Positions 35,039 through 49,800 of a stretch of 64,000 nt of DNA are shown in pieces. Source of the DNA: Trypanosoma brucei (Eukaryota); contig AE017150.2 of the NCBI GenBank assembly GCA_000002445.1, positions 128,001 to 192,000 on the forward strand, read 5' to 3'. The notes under the pieces are model-generated. The model saw only the letters and a program-made list of their open reading frames with translations. It was not told the DNA's origin and ran no database searches. Both the position numbers and the translations under genes were made by a program. Within the stretch, counting starts at the first letter, position 1. Every line of letters begins with the position of its first letter.

Positions 35039-38000
35039 TATTTGATCCATTGTTTCGCTTTGTATAATTTAATAACTTATTGCTGAGAACACGTTACTAA
35101 ATTTAACAGCCAGTTCGAGTGGTTCGCTAACTGTAGGCACCATTATTCGGACAGATACCAGTAACAATTCACATGGATGATATTGTATGTTACACTATCT
35201 TAAATACAAGAAATACAAGGATCTCATTACAGTTATTTAAGCGTTTAACAAATTAGTAAGTCATACCAATCATATATTGTGAAGAATAAAGAACAGTTAG
35301 GAAAGTGTGTGTATGTATGCACAAGGCTTTTTTCTCAATGTAAATTTGTATTTTAGTTGTAAGCGTAGTAAATATTGTATTATGCTCATTCACATTACAA
35401 CTATACCAAATGAACATATCTTATTTTGTATGCCCTTCTAACTTTATGACTACACATTCACACACATATATATTGAATTATTATTATTATTTCTATCGTT
35501 CTTATTGTTATTACATGAAACACAACATTCACATTTAATTTTTACTCATAGCCACACCTGAAAAGTAAAAGCACTCAACATTCTGCAGTACTGTATACCT
35601 GTCAATGATATGAGGAGGTGAAGTTTATATACCATTATAGTGAATATATTTCATTATTCTTATTATTATTTGCTTTACTGAAAGAAATGACAGAGTGACT
35701 TTACAATAAATTATATCAGAGCAGCATCTTAACTACCAATTTGCTACACGGGAAACGATAATACAACACATTACGTGTCTCGTGATTCTTTTTTACACTT
35801 GCCACTGGTATATATCTATATTCTCAAACAATGCGATTGAATATTCTCTTTTCATTAAAATATTATATTATAACTTATTGTATTTGTTTGGTTTTGTAAT
35901 AACATAATTTATTTTATTACATTTCCTTTCAGAATTATTTGTGCCAAACTTTTGTGAAGATGTCATACAATCTGAATTCCCTTGCGCAGCAAAGGGTTGT
36001 GTACCGCCTTAATTCATTAACATTTGTGCTACATGTGCATGGTAAAGTGTATTAAACATTTCACTGGTTTTGGGAAATATTATTTTCTTTCTTACAACAT
36101 GATGCCTCAGAAGAACTGAAGGCGAGAGCAAATCCTTTCATTCATTTTATTTTCCTTTTCTTACCGTATCCGTATATGTTTATGACTTTCCAGAAAACAC
36201 TGCTGAGGTAAATTATGTATTCCTTCATATTTACTTTTTATTTGACAACAACAACAAAGGGATTTCCTCCTCACACACTTAAATTAATTAGACACTGCTG
36301 TTAGCTGATAAGTTATAGACAGCCGCACATTTAAGTTACACAAATCCACACCGATTCGAAATAGCAAAATATCAAATATTATGTATTTATTTGAGAAAAA
36401 AAAAAAAGAGACGAAAAGCAGCGCTGCATCTGAAGGGAGATGCATGTGAAATCGAAGGACAACTGTCATTTGAATATCATATCCCCAAATTGTTTCGCTT
36501 ACATTATTAGCAGTAAATGCTTACGGAACTTGGGAAGTGAATGACTACTGAAATTAGAAGCATGAGGACGCACCGCGATGGCACATGAAAGTAACATGGG
36601 TGGGATTTTTATGTATTGGAAAGTGGAGTGGCTTTAAGGTGTTTTACATGATGTTTAGTTGGAGATTGAAATACTTCAGGAAATAGTGAAAGACTGTTAT
36701 GATACAGGAATATTTTCGTTTACTAATTTCAAGCGCACTTCCGTGACGCACTATTTTCGGTTTACATTGCAAGAAGTGGTATGATATATGCAACTGCTTA
36801 TTTCTTATTTATTTTTTGCGAGTTTATATAAGTGTGGTTTGGTGACGTGGAAAATTTTAGCATATGGTTAATGTCTTTATGACAAGCAAATGCTCTGTTC
36901 GAGCTATGGTATTGGAAGGTTAAATATAAATTATATGTTTTATGAGTTATCAAATGCTGAATGCTGCGACTGACTCACTCTTCAAACAAAAACACTTTCT
37001 CAGCTTTTCCACTCTCAGCTAAAAATGTAGTTCAGTTTCCAAACAGCACACCACATCTCATTCACCATCGGGTAAAGAGATATTGTTGTATGGACAACAC
37101 GAAAGTGGAGAAGTACAGAAAGTAGAAATAAAATAAAGAGTATATATATATATATATATATCGAATTATGTTGGAACTGCAGGTATCATTCAACCTAAGA
37201 GCAAAAGCACCTTTCCTTCTGTTGTGAGCCGCAACCATGCCGTGACGAAGTTACAAGTGGAAGGAGTTGGGTCAAATCATTCATTACCTAATATCTGTAA
37301 TGTGAATATTTTTGTTTAGAGATATTCGTATGTTAATGAGAGACCATTATGCAGAGGGAAGAACAACCGACGACTGCAACCTAAAACCCGTAATTTGCGG
37401 ACTGTGATAAACTTTAATAGTTTCATTTTATTATGTAAAGATGGCATCAGCAGATTATACTTGTAAGCTGTTTGAAGTCAAAACAACGATACACGGAAGG
37501 GAATGTGCAGGTGGTGATTTAAATCGTATGTTTATGAGAAATTTGTAGTGTGAATCAACTGTTGAAATATGTTGTGCGACATTAACAGCAGATGTTGTTT
37601 TTTTTCATATTATTCTCCTTTTCTTTTCTTTTTTGCTTGTTTGTCGAACAATCTGAGGTTTAGTTGATATATTCCTGAGTTTCATCACATGTGTTTCTGT
37701 TTATATAATACTAATCGTTACAAACTAAATATCTGCAGTAAGTATATTAAAAACATACAATTTGTTGCTACCTCTTGCTTCATTTCTCTTTATTCAAACG
37801 GCACTTTCTTTTAATCTTGTAAATAATGTTTTTATCGTTGTTTCATTTGTTTGCACACTTAATCCTCTGCGCACGCTGCTGTATTTATTTGCTTCTACAT
37901 GCTCGCAAAAAAAAATATATATATAAATCATTTTGAAACAAATCGCGGTTGCGACTGATGTTTGTTTTGTTTGCGTCGTATTATAAGGGGAATGTAAGTT

Positions 38001-39784
38001 TCGTTGATTAAACATTTCATGGCATATCATTATCGAGTTGTTGCTATGAACTCATAAATAATCATGAGACAGGTTTTTACGAGTCATACTCCATGCATAA
38101 GTGCAATGCACTGAAGGAATGTAATTTTATTTATTTATTTATTATTACTACCATTATTATTGTCAGAATTAATATTCAGGTTTTCATCCATCACTATTTT
38201 ATTATTTATATTTTCTTTCCAACATCTGTTTCAAGAAACATGGTCGATTGGAAATAATGTAGACATCAATGGTTAGAGAAACTTTGATTTGCCTTGACCG
38301 TGCAGATGCGCAAAGTTCAAAAGGTTTCAGAAAGGTGTTGGGGAAGTTTAACCATATTTTTTTATTACTGAATTCTTTCTCTCAAATGTTTTTGTTCTTT
38401 TGTATTGCACTTAAATTCAAAACCAATTGGGCAGCGCTTTGAAGGCAGTGAAGTGGCGTATGGAAATATTTGCGTATTGGCGTTTTTTTAACGTGTGATG
38501 ATTACGTTCCTAACGGTGATGGAAAAAAAGTAACATATGAATGTGTGTTCAATAATAATAATAATTAAATGCCAAGTTCTCTTACTTTCTGTATCAAATA
38601 CTGAGCCTGTTTTATAATCTCATTTTTTCAAATGCGTATCAAGGTTTAGGAGGCACAATGTTGCTTAAAACTCAACTCTCACGAAAATGACACAAATTAA
38701 GGGAAGCTTCTATCGCAGCCACCATTTCCATGTGTGCAACAGTAAGCGAGTCATTGTAACAATATATTTTTTTGCGCGTGTGAAGTGTGAAATCCTCATG
38801 AGAACTCAAAATTTACTACAATAATACTCATTATGCAAGGTGCTTTGAGTGGGGAAGGCGGCGCAGACTCAAATATCCAAAACAATTTATTTTCCCATAT
38901 GGCGGAACGAACGGAAGCTGTAGTTAAACATACACTGCAAAGCGAGAAAAGTATATCTCCGGGTGCTGACACTCTCTAACGATGTGAACACAAACCCTTC
39001 ACTTGCGAACAGGAGGCTTCAGTTTGTTTATTTGTTTGTTTGTTTTTGAATCCATTCCTCACATCAGCATCCAACATTAAATACAGGGAATTAAGAACCT
39101 TTATCACGACCATTATTGTTGTGTCTTGTAAGATGATACATATTTTATGATAGGAACTTACTGGGCACCAGCAGTCAACAAAGAAATATGAAAGAACACA
39201 ACAGTGATAAACATATATTACCTTGAAGCTACATGTGTACGTTTTCACGGAATTAGCTCAGTGGTATTTTCGAACTCAGAGAATGGGGAAAAGCGACAGT
39301 CAGATGAAATGAATAAAATACCAAATGTCGTGCATCAACTAATATATTTGAAAATAGAATCTCATGCCGTGCATTCCTTGGAGGCATGAAAATAGATTCA
39401 ATAACGCTAAGGTGTGACAGTGTTGAGGCATCTGTTTATCAACATGCGTTGAAAGTGGGGGAAATGTCAGTGAATACCTGAGGTAGCGCCAAACTATTTT
39501 TTTTTAATGGCCACAAAATGCTGCAGTAGAGCAGTGTGGAAATAATTTCATTGGATAGAAAAATGTGTGAGGAAAGTTTATTAAATTTGTTTGAGATTTA
39601 TAACTGTTCTACCTGAGTAACTGTGTGCGTGGTTTAGTACAGGAATACCTTTGCGATAAAGCTTCTATTTCCTTTAAAAGGAAACGGTAAGAAGTTACAC
39701 TAGTTAAAAAAGTAAAACAAATATTTTAATCAAGAACAATATTCAATGTTTTGCTTCAGGACAAAAAAACACTTATTCTGGGAG

Positions 39785-40520
39785 AAAAGCGTCTGGGGGG
39801 ACGTGAAGCAAGAGTTGATAATGTTTTCAGTTTATATGGCTCCGTATGCAATGCAAAGTGAAGTCACATTATAATGGACAACGAAACTCAACTGCTGTGG
39901 AGGATGGTTGTTGATGGAACGCGTAGTGGCAATGTAATGTGGAAGGATGAAGAACTTAATGTTGTCCCTGAAATTGAGGAAGCTGTTGAGAAGAAACCAG
40001 AACGCAGGGAAGAAGTTGAAGCAATGGTTCTAACATCTCAAATGGGGTGATAATAAGCCAAGTTTGCCGGGGTGAGTAACAAAAACATATTCATCCATAG
40101 AGAAGAGCTCCGCGTATGGAATGTTGTAAGGAATGGAATTGAATTATGGCGTACACAGCGTGCTTTACCGGAATGTCTTTATTTTCCACGATCATACGCT
40201 GTCATTGTTAACCATGGGATTGGAAAATCTCAGAATTTGGGCTCTTTTATCCTCTACAAGTTATTGCATTGTGATGCGGAAGAGTTGCCTATTGTTGCGT
40301 ATTTCTGCGGCATGGCAGTGTTAATATTTGAAACCAACTGACGGACCCTTCGGCATAATCAAGGGAGATAGAAGGTACGCAGCTTTAATGCTGGACGGAA
40401 GCATGCCAAGCATTAGTCATTTTTTCTGCTACACGTTTAATGAAACTGTGCATTTATCTGAGTTGTCTATGAATTGGGAAGCGCTTCGACCAGGTCGTTT
40501 AATGAGCAAACTCCCATGGC
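39785..40520 (+). pseudogene. RHS N-terminal fragment, duplicate-copy-B counterpart of 5500..6240.
   Basis: ORF 40072..40341 translates FIHREELRVWNVVRNGIELWRTQRALPECLYFPRSYAVIVNHGIGKSQNLGSFILYKLLHCDAEELPIVAYFCGMAVLIFETN. Upstream there are the same in-frame double stops after TSQMG. Confidence 0.7.
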
Positions 40521-43500
40521 AGAGTGTTGAACACACCTCATTGCGATGTCTGAATCCGGTGCATCTTCGAGAGGGAGGAGATTAAATGTTCGCGCGCATC
40601 CCGTCTTAAGGATTTCAGCAGTCGGACAGTAACGGACTGCCCGGGGGAGAAGGAAAAGCGGCGAAACAGTCGGTTTTCGGGATGGTGGGAAGCATCGGTG
40701 TGATCCTCCACGTGTGCAAACATGATTCTTTCGGTATCTTTAGAGCGCTCTCAATGTTGAGATCGGTGGTGTTAAGCAGAATACAGGTCTGATCTCAGGT
40801 GAGTCGCGGCGGAATTCCGGGGAACTCTCCCGGCCGAAAAGGATAACCTAAGCAAATAACTGCGCGAGAAAAGAGTAACTGCCACATTTTTCACGAAACG
40901 TTATCATCAGAGTCGGAGGCGGATTCCAGTGATGACCGGATGTCGGAAGATTGATATAGCATGACCCCTTAAGGGTCCATAAGCGTGGAGATTGGCAAAG
41001 GATGGGATTGATGCGTTGAAAGGTTCGCAGAAAAAACAAACAAGCAAGTACGAAATACGATCGGTTGTTCCAATTGTCACACTGGAGCTGCTAATTGCAT
41101 CTGTATCGGCGTTTTTACACAAACGAAAACAATAACAAAGGAGGAATCGGGCATACGGTGGCCGACGTAACGTTTCAAAACAGCCGGGCACGGAATCCAA
41201 CTACAACATCTGTCAACGGAAGATGATGTGCTGTGCAATGGCCCTCGCAGTACATGATGGAAATAACCGGTGCGAGGAATGACGCGAGAACGTCCCATGT
41301 GTAATTGGTTTTCACCTCAAGTCATGGTCGTCTACAGGTTATGTGGAATAGATGAAAATAATAGGGAATTGTGAAAAAAAAGAGTTTTAAAAGAGTTTTT
41401 CGCCGTCATCGTCATCATTCTTCGGAAAGTCAGTATATGGGTTGTTATTATGGCGGTGCGAACTAGACCAGTCCGACGACGGCCACTGCATTTTCTCCCG
41501 GCGACTACTGATATTTTCTCCGCTTTGTCCTTTTCCAAACACTTTTAACTCCTTAAGGTTTCACCATCTTTTCACTTCTTCAGCTGTGCTCGCGCCTTCC
41601 TTCTGTTCCCGATGTCAACGACTCCTGTCCTTTTTACCTTTGCAGAATTCGCACGCTCTCAAGAATTTCCTTACATTTTGCACCTCTTCCCAGTTCCCTC
41701 ACCCGAATCGTGGTCATTCCTATGTCTCCGCCACGGTAGCGTGACGGTTTTTATCATACGCCCCGTCACCGAATCTAGCGCCGGTGTTTCCCGCGCCTGT
41801 GAACTTTCGCCCATGGTGTCCACGGCAAGTCGTTTCTCAACGATCCTTATTTCGCTGCATTTACAAGTTGCCGTTGGCTCTCTTTCCCGCTTGGCGTCAT
41901 GACAACAATGGCTGCGTTCGGCTTTGGCATATGGCTTGTGTACAGCATCTCTTGTTTCGCTTATTTATTTCGTGTGTCGAGGGAATGCTGCCGTTGGCAT
42001 TGACGTTCCTGAACTCAGCAAACTCCTGCCATCACTCACTTTCGTGAGTTCCATCAGCCGTCACAGTTGTGCTCTCGAGCTTGGTATCGTGCTTTCGGTT
42101 GCTTAGCGTCTAGTTAAATGCCACGGCCATGGGCGTCTCCTGAGCAGCAACGCCTTTCTTCATACCTGCAGCATTAGACTTACATTGTTGTGTCGTATGT
42201 GACGGAGGAAGACGCAGCTATGGTTTCAGGGTGGTGAACTCCGTTAGTTTGTTTTTATCATCGGTGACAAATTCGATTACGCAGTTGTTTTACTCTTCTG
42301 TAACTTTCCCTTCCCCAGTTTCAACTGTACATGTTTTCCTCAAAGTCATTCCCATCTGGCAAGTTGGTTTGTTTTTTCCTCCCTTTACAACTTCCAACAA
42401 ACAGAACGGCGTCCGCGACACAACTACTTCCCTTTTCCCCCTTACCTTCCCCACCGAAAAATATCGTTGAAAGTTCAATACTTTCAATGCAACTTTAGCG
42501 TAAGAAGTTTTTTGGCGGCGATGCCTGAGAATAGTCAAGTCTCACTTCCCTATAATATAGTAATAGAAAAAATATATAACATAATTATAAAAAGTGCTTT
42601 CGTGCAAACGAGTTTTACTGAAATATAACTCATATCGTAAACGAAATTTATTGATACGTACATAACCGCCTCTATTACTTACGAAGCGGAAGTGTCTGAA
42701 AACGTCTTTAACCCGCCTCCCGCGCTCCCCTTTGCTTGCTCTTTGGACACCCGCGGGTTTATCTTTCTGAGGTCACGTAACTCCATGAAGAATTAATCTT
42801 CCCATCTCGCAGCACACTCCATCTACGGCTAAAGCCTCATGAATCATGTCACTGAAATGTGTGTTGCAATTCCCACTATTTTTTTAAAAATAATATGCAT
42901 CATACTTGTGTTGACTACGCATACATGTACGAGACTCTTCAATCTCTTTCATAAGGCAAATATTCAAAAGCGGGCTCTCGTTTCACAAGTAGCACTTGCA
43001 GTTAAGAACTTCCTTCCCGAATTGAGGAATTATAAAACCACTCCCATCACCCTTGCATGGAAGCATCCGTTACCATCATGGCCACAGTTGCTACAACTCG
43101 CTACTTGCTCACTGGTTTTTTCTTTACTAAAATGCACATCCATTTTTGTGTAAGCTGTAACGCATATGTGTGTGTGTGTGTGTCTGTGTGTGGTAACACG
43201 GTTAAATTATTGGGTCGCATCCGGACCGTATTGCATCATGACAAATATGATGTTACCATTTAAAAAATAAGTAGCAATAGTAGTAGGGAGAAAGCTATTG
43301 TTTTTTCTCACTCCTGCTGCCGCGTACATCATGCGTGATACAACAGTTTTCATTTATTCTATAGTAGATTTTTTCACATAGCAAGGGATACTCGGAATTG
43401 TTGTATAACTTTCGTTGTCCCAGCAATACTGTCTGCTTTTCATGGTTAAACTAAAACTCCAATGAAATCACATTGTTGTGTCATCTTTTGTGAGTCACCA

Positions 43501-46500
43501 ATGATGGTTGTGCCCCACATTTCTTCATGCTGGTAACTATTTTGTTTCCACGACATTTAACCACGTCATGTGCCTCACACTAATAAATATGTTGCAGATC
43601 CATGTTTGAGTCCTCAATCTTTCAGGGGTCGCCTGCTGCAGCCTCACGACATCGGCGTCTTCTGAAAAGACCCTTGTGATGGTGTGTGAAACTCCAGGAT
43701 TCTCCTTTATTAACTGATGGGGAGTCGATTCAAATTCACTAATTCCTCATTTTTGCTAACGTATCGGAACCCCACCCGAATATTCTCAGGCAACTTCACT
43801 TGGGAGGGAAATGACTTTAGATCAAACACTGCCACCGACTGGTCATGGAGAGTAATTATCAACTGGGAAAAGTGACACAATGGGACATATGCCTCATAAT
43901 CATCCCTGCTCTTTTTAGCCTTTGGTCATGCAATAAATCAACACCTTCTTCCAATTCTGTTTTTCCTCCATCACAAAGAATGGCGCACAACTCATCCTGT
44001 CATATGTCTCTCTGAAACTGGGCCAATGATACGCGATTGCTTCATTATTTGGGACTTCTTTTTTTACAATGTGCAATTCAGATTCCTTTTTTGATACTTT
44101 CTCTTTCCACATCATCTGTGCTATTCTTAATGCTCCAACCCTCATCAAATCGCTTACTCGCTGCTTGCATCATCCTCTGTCAAATCCACGGAAGGAAAAT
44201 CATTCCCACATTTATTTCCTATTGGAGAGGTGAAGTATTTTCTTTTCCTCCTCTTCCCGTGAGGTCACCTTTGTTTTCCCCTTGTGAGTGTCAAGGAATG
44301 CTGTGCAATCGATAATTTGGGAAGATATTCCCCGTTATAAGTCCCGGCTTCCCTCACACTGGGGCCGCACATTCCTTCCAATTATATCTTACATCAAAAA
44401 CATTAAAAGAACCGACTTGCTTACGGAAGCTGTCACACATCTGAGATACCACACTGTGCCTCGTGGAAGTTCCATTGTGTAGATGTGCTTTCCAAATTCT
44501 ATTAATAATATGTTGTCAATGTCGTGTTCAATTGCAACTACTGCCGCTGCGCGTGTCAGCAGTGCTCTTCTCTTTATGGAATGTTCTATCATTACGTATG
44601 GTCTTTTCAGTATGGTGTCATTTTCCCCTTTGTGGTAATGGCTATGAACTTCTTCCCCTTTCCTCCCGAGGTTCCTCCCTATGACTTTTTTCACACTGGC
44701 AATGCTCTTTTCCCAGTTGATAATTACGCATCGTGTGAGTATGTGGGTATCGCTTTTGAATTTCTTTAGAAGGTTCCCTCCCAAAAAAAAATCCACTGTT
44801 GAGGCTTTCTTTTCGTGTCAGTGTGGCACAACATTTTTCTCTTTTTTTGGGAGCTGTGTAATTTCTTTTTGCCATCGCATGGCTGGATGCAATTCATTCC
44901 ATTGATATTGCAACTGGATACCACTCTGGACGGAACTTCCTGCAAGATATTATCGAATCCCCATTACAACATGTGTTGTGTTTGTTTGATGGGTTTACCT
45001 GTTACCGTACTGTAAAGACGGACCCAAAAACAACATCCGCGTCGGTTTGTCCAATAGAGATGATGGAAGAGTTCTCCTGTACTGAAATGGCAATGGTCTC
45101 TGCGAGTCGTAAACTTACAACAACAAATAAAAGTGCAGTTGCATCCTATGCTGGAATGCGGTAATGATTTTCCGCCAATGCATAAAAACACCGCATGATG
45201 AATTCCCTGTTGCTCACATGTTTTAGTCCTCAGCTACATTCACTTTGCTATTCTATTGGCTCCTGAAACCAATGTCATGATGTACGGACAGCTTTTTGTG
45301 GGAACTGCAATAAAAATAATAATCATAATTATAATAACTCCTTTCACCAATGAGTTTACTATTGGTTGTAAAAGTGCTCTTGGTGCCACTCCATTTTTCT
45401 TTTCTTGAGTCCCCAGCTGCTGAGGGGCTGTTGTATTTTTTTTTAAAGAGTGACGCACCGTTTTATTCCCCACCCCTTTCAGGTGACTTCCTCCTGCACA
45501 GTTTTTACTTTCCCATCGTAGAATGTTTTTCAAGGTGTTTCCTTTGTGAAGCTTTGGTTATGCTATAATTAAAGACCACTCAACTCCCTCCTTCCGGGAA
45601 CTGTTGTTGCATTTATTTCCCTTTAGTTGCTGCAAATTTGTTTATTTGACAAGTTGTAGTGCGATACTTCACTTGACCATATGTGTAACATCGTGTCTCG
45701 TTGCTTTATAAAAATTCAAAAAGAACACATCAGGTGATATTCTTCTGCTCTTACTTCGTCCATTCACATCTCTTCCCGCCAGTTCGGAAACTCCCACTCA
45801 AACTCACCACTCTGTGAAGATTTGTAGTTTCCGTTAGCGATGGACGTACTGAAGTGGACATGTTTGGCACTTCAAAACTAAGTTTTTTAAACTTACACCT
45901 TCCTTCTTGCATACAGCTTCAGTGCGAGAGTAAAGGAATAGTTGAGTATCATGAGAAAACATAAGCCCAAAACATTCTCAACTCAAGCTTTCAATAAAAG
46001 CAAACACATTAAGATGGTTTAGTGAACACATGCAGTATAATCCCTAGCAAAGGTATTATTCACACCCAATAAACAACTCAAACAAATAACACCAGCATAC
46101 ATATCGCAGACACATAAGTTGCACCTTCACAAACAAATGAAAGCTGCTGTGGCTCATCATGTGTAAAATATTATGAGCACAAAAACATAAATGTCCTTGA
46201 CCTTCCATAAATGTATAACACAATATTTCTTGCATTGTCATCGGGAAAATATTTTTTTTATATTGTTATATATATTCATCCAATAGTCAAGAGTGAGCTC
46301 TGGCCTTGTAGAACTGTAAATGCGTGCATGTTCTGTTATTATTGTTTCCCATTGCAAAATGAAGATACCTGCAGATGTGGAGAAACGTCTCCATAAATGC
46401 TTATGATGCACCAAATAATTCTCTCGTAAAGAAAGGAGAGAACAAATGCTCAGCATACGTGTCGCTATTTGTATCTTTAAATTAAGGTTCTCTTGAATGG

Positions 46501-46884
46501 AGTAAAGAAAAAACAAAGAAAAGGCAAGAAGTATATGATGTAATTGGTGAGGCATAATGAAATGACCCAACAAGAGGGAAAGGAAGTTACATGCCTTCAC
46601 TACAGTCATACAAATAAAGCCAGACCCTTCACACTCGTTTTACAATGTTCTGTCGTATCGCTCTGCATAAACAAATAATACTAATAGAAAAGGGAAATGT
46701 AAGAAGAAAGTAAAAAAGTATCAAATAGTTCGAGGATTATCGACACTCAGCTACGTGAAGTGATACGTATCGCAAATGTGTGTTTGAAATGCTCACCATC
46801 CTAATGAACTTACTCGTATGTTACTTAACCCTGGGAAATATTTCTCTGTGCGCTCAAGTTACCTGACAACTCTCCTTCCGCACC

Positions 46885-49800
46885 CTATGCATTGTTACCA
46901 CCTCTATTGTTAACTCCGTTGTTATTGTTACCTTTTACTTGCAATTCAACGTATAGTGCAGTAATGTGGTTACTAAGAGAGACCGCGAACTGACGCACTT
47001 CCTGTTCACAAAACCTTTCCTCAACCTTATTATTTTGTCCTCCGTCTTCGATTGTCCCCTCACAACATTGTGGCTTTGTAATTTTTTCGCTGTCAACCCT
47101 TTGAACATAGATTATTTCCCATACCATCCCGCGTGAAAAATTGTCCCAGCGTCTAAAGTAACTTTGCAAACACCTTTTCATCTTAAATAACCCACCGGTG
47201 CTGCAAGGATGACTACCGGAAATTGTGTACTGCAGTCCCACAAAAGTCTTCGGATTCTCAACAAAAAAGAACGCATCAACAACCGGGAAACTCCTTGATT
47301 GCGGCTTGTACAATTTCATATATTGAATTTCAGCTCCAGCTACAATTGGAACATCCTCAGGAACCACAATCAAAGGATTCGTGAGTCTTGGACCTTGCAG
47401 CACCTGCAGCACACTTTGTTGGATTTGATCCCCAGCAAATGAAAGGCCCTGTAACTCCCTTGCCAACTCAGTTAGTGTATTCTCATGTGACAATGCTTCA
47501 ATGCCACTCTTCTCAAACAGATGACCAACAATAGCGCAGTTAGACAGCAGAGCAGATATTGCAGCATATTTATTCAGTAACCAAGGCCTCAGAAAGTCTA
47601 AAATAACTTGCCCCGTGTAAGATGAAAGCGGTGTGCAGAGATACGAATCACACAGAAGATTCCCTTTCTTCACTCGAACAACCCTCACTAACCTGTGTGA
47701 TGCTTTGCGTGTTTGCCAGGTAGCTGCGTTTTGGAAAATTTTTGCGTAGCTTTCCTTCTTTACATCACTCATTTCGTTAATGGCTTCCTCGATTAGATCA
47801 CACTGCCTGGTGAACGACGCCGAATCAACAATGTGACGAAGCAGTGGGCCAACGATAGGAATGCGATCTTGAATTTCTTGCCATTCACTTTCAATTTTCT
47901 CCTTCGCATCTGAAGGATTCCAACCGTAAGCAGGAGCAATTTTCCCCCACCTCGATATGTGTATGACTTCCAAATCCTTCAATGTATCACAGTTAATGTA
48001 AAAATGTAGGGCTTTGTTTTGCTTGGACCATCCATGGAATTGTCTAACGTTTGGAGAGCTCAAGGCAATACCAGCGAAATCACCAGGTGGTTTCGTCGGA
48101 GCAGGATGATTCTTGTCCACGTCAAATATAACGTATCCCTTAATATTCTCTGCGCCACATGAATCTCTGACTATTTGGCCAATAAGCGTTGAGGCATCAT
48201 CATAATTACTGTAAAACGTAACATATCCTGCTCGATCGCCTTTGGGTTTACGAAACACATACGCCTTACCACTCACAACGTACATGATAATCTAAAGCTG
48301 ACTCGATTCATAATGCAGTAGTTTGTATAACAGTATTATTTTTTTTGGAATTTTCTTCGTGCCTTCGTGAGAGTTTCTCCCAACTGGCGGGGCCATCAGC
48401 CATCACCGTAGAGCCCTGAGATGCTATCGGTCTGGCGACTGTGGCAGAGTCTCCCTTTTTCATTCATCCTAACACACCCTCTATAATTTTTGTTGTATTT
48501 CCGCATATGAACGGAATACAGCAGATGGGGCGAGAAGCCCCCCTCACCCCGGACTCTCCAAAAGATGTCAATTAGCAATCCTTTTGTTTTGATTTTTGTT
48601 ATTCGTTTATTATTCTCTCCCCCTCTTTCTGTTTCTGTTGCTTGTTGATTGCATACCCCCTCTGTCTCTAAGGGTGTCTGGACTATTCCTGCGTCCTGTG
48701 CTTTTCCTGCTAGCTCCACACTCGGCAATAAGGGGGGAAGTTGCAGAAGGGAGAGTGGGTTGTATGACTGTTACCTTAGGTGAGGACTTCACCTGCGGCC
48801 GGCTCCGTTCAACCGCAATGAGAAATTGCGCCAGCATTTAAGAGAAACATACATGCTGCACACACTCACCTTCTACCGCAAACCTGACACGTAACTCCTT
48901 CAAACCTGGACAGCTCATCAAGTGCAGCGACGTTTCTTCGCAGTCGCCGCGTTGGCTGGTAACAGCGCGCTCTACCTTCATACCGTTCATCTTCTTTTGA
49001 TGGAGGGTGAGGCCAGTTTTGCTAGCACACTGCCTTCCGCATGTCGGGCACACCAACATGGATGTGTTTTTATGCGGGGAATCAGTGGCACACAATTTTG
49101 TGCTTTTGCTGCATTTAAGCTCGACTCCCTCACCTTTGTGGAAAGCCTTACAGTGTCGGATGAGGGAGTCCCTGCAACTGAGCACTTTTTGGCACACACC
49201 ACACTGCACCCCGCCCTTCCCCGGGACGTCAACGTTTTCCTCACGGGCACGCTTACGAGGGAATTGCACCAACACCACGGTACCGTCCTCCGTCACTATG
49301 CTTTTATGTTTGAATTTCTTGTGTAGTGACAGGGAAGAACGTGTACCGAAGCTCGCCTCGCACAGGTCACATTGAAACGGCAGCTTCCGTGTATCCTGAG
49401 AGGCTGGCGCTGCTGGGGCTTTACCATCTCCTTGCACTGAGTCCTCGTTCTCTCGCCCCCTTTTCACGCGGCAACTGCCGCTGCCTATGCCATGTATTGT
49501 TCTAAGGTGGTGTAGTAGTCTGCCTGGCACTGCGAATTTGGAGGCACAGATGGTACAATGAAGCACCTGCGGTCTCATCGGGACTCGTGTGCTCGATGGT
49601 AGGGGAACGATCGCCACCACTGGAGGGGGCTCCGGGGGGATATCCACTGCAGGTGTTGCATCGCCGTATTTGATCCTCCGGAGGGCATCAGCTCGCACAA
49701 AGCCATGTTTGTTTACCATATGCGTTACAGCACTCGAGCGGCATTGGTATGTGGCATCACATTCCGTACATTTGGTCGGTTCGGAGGTTCTCTGAACAGT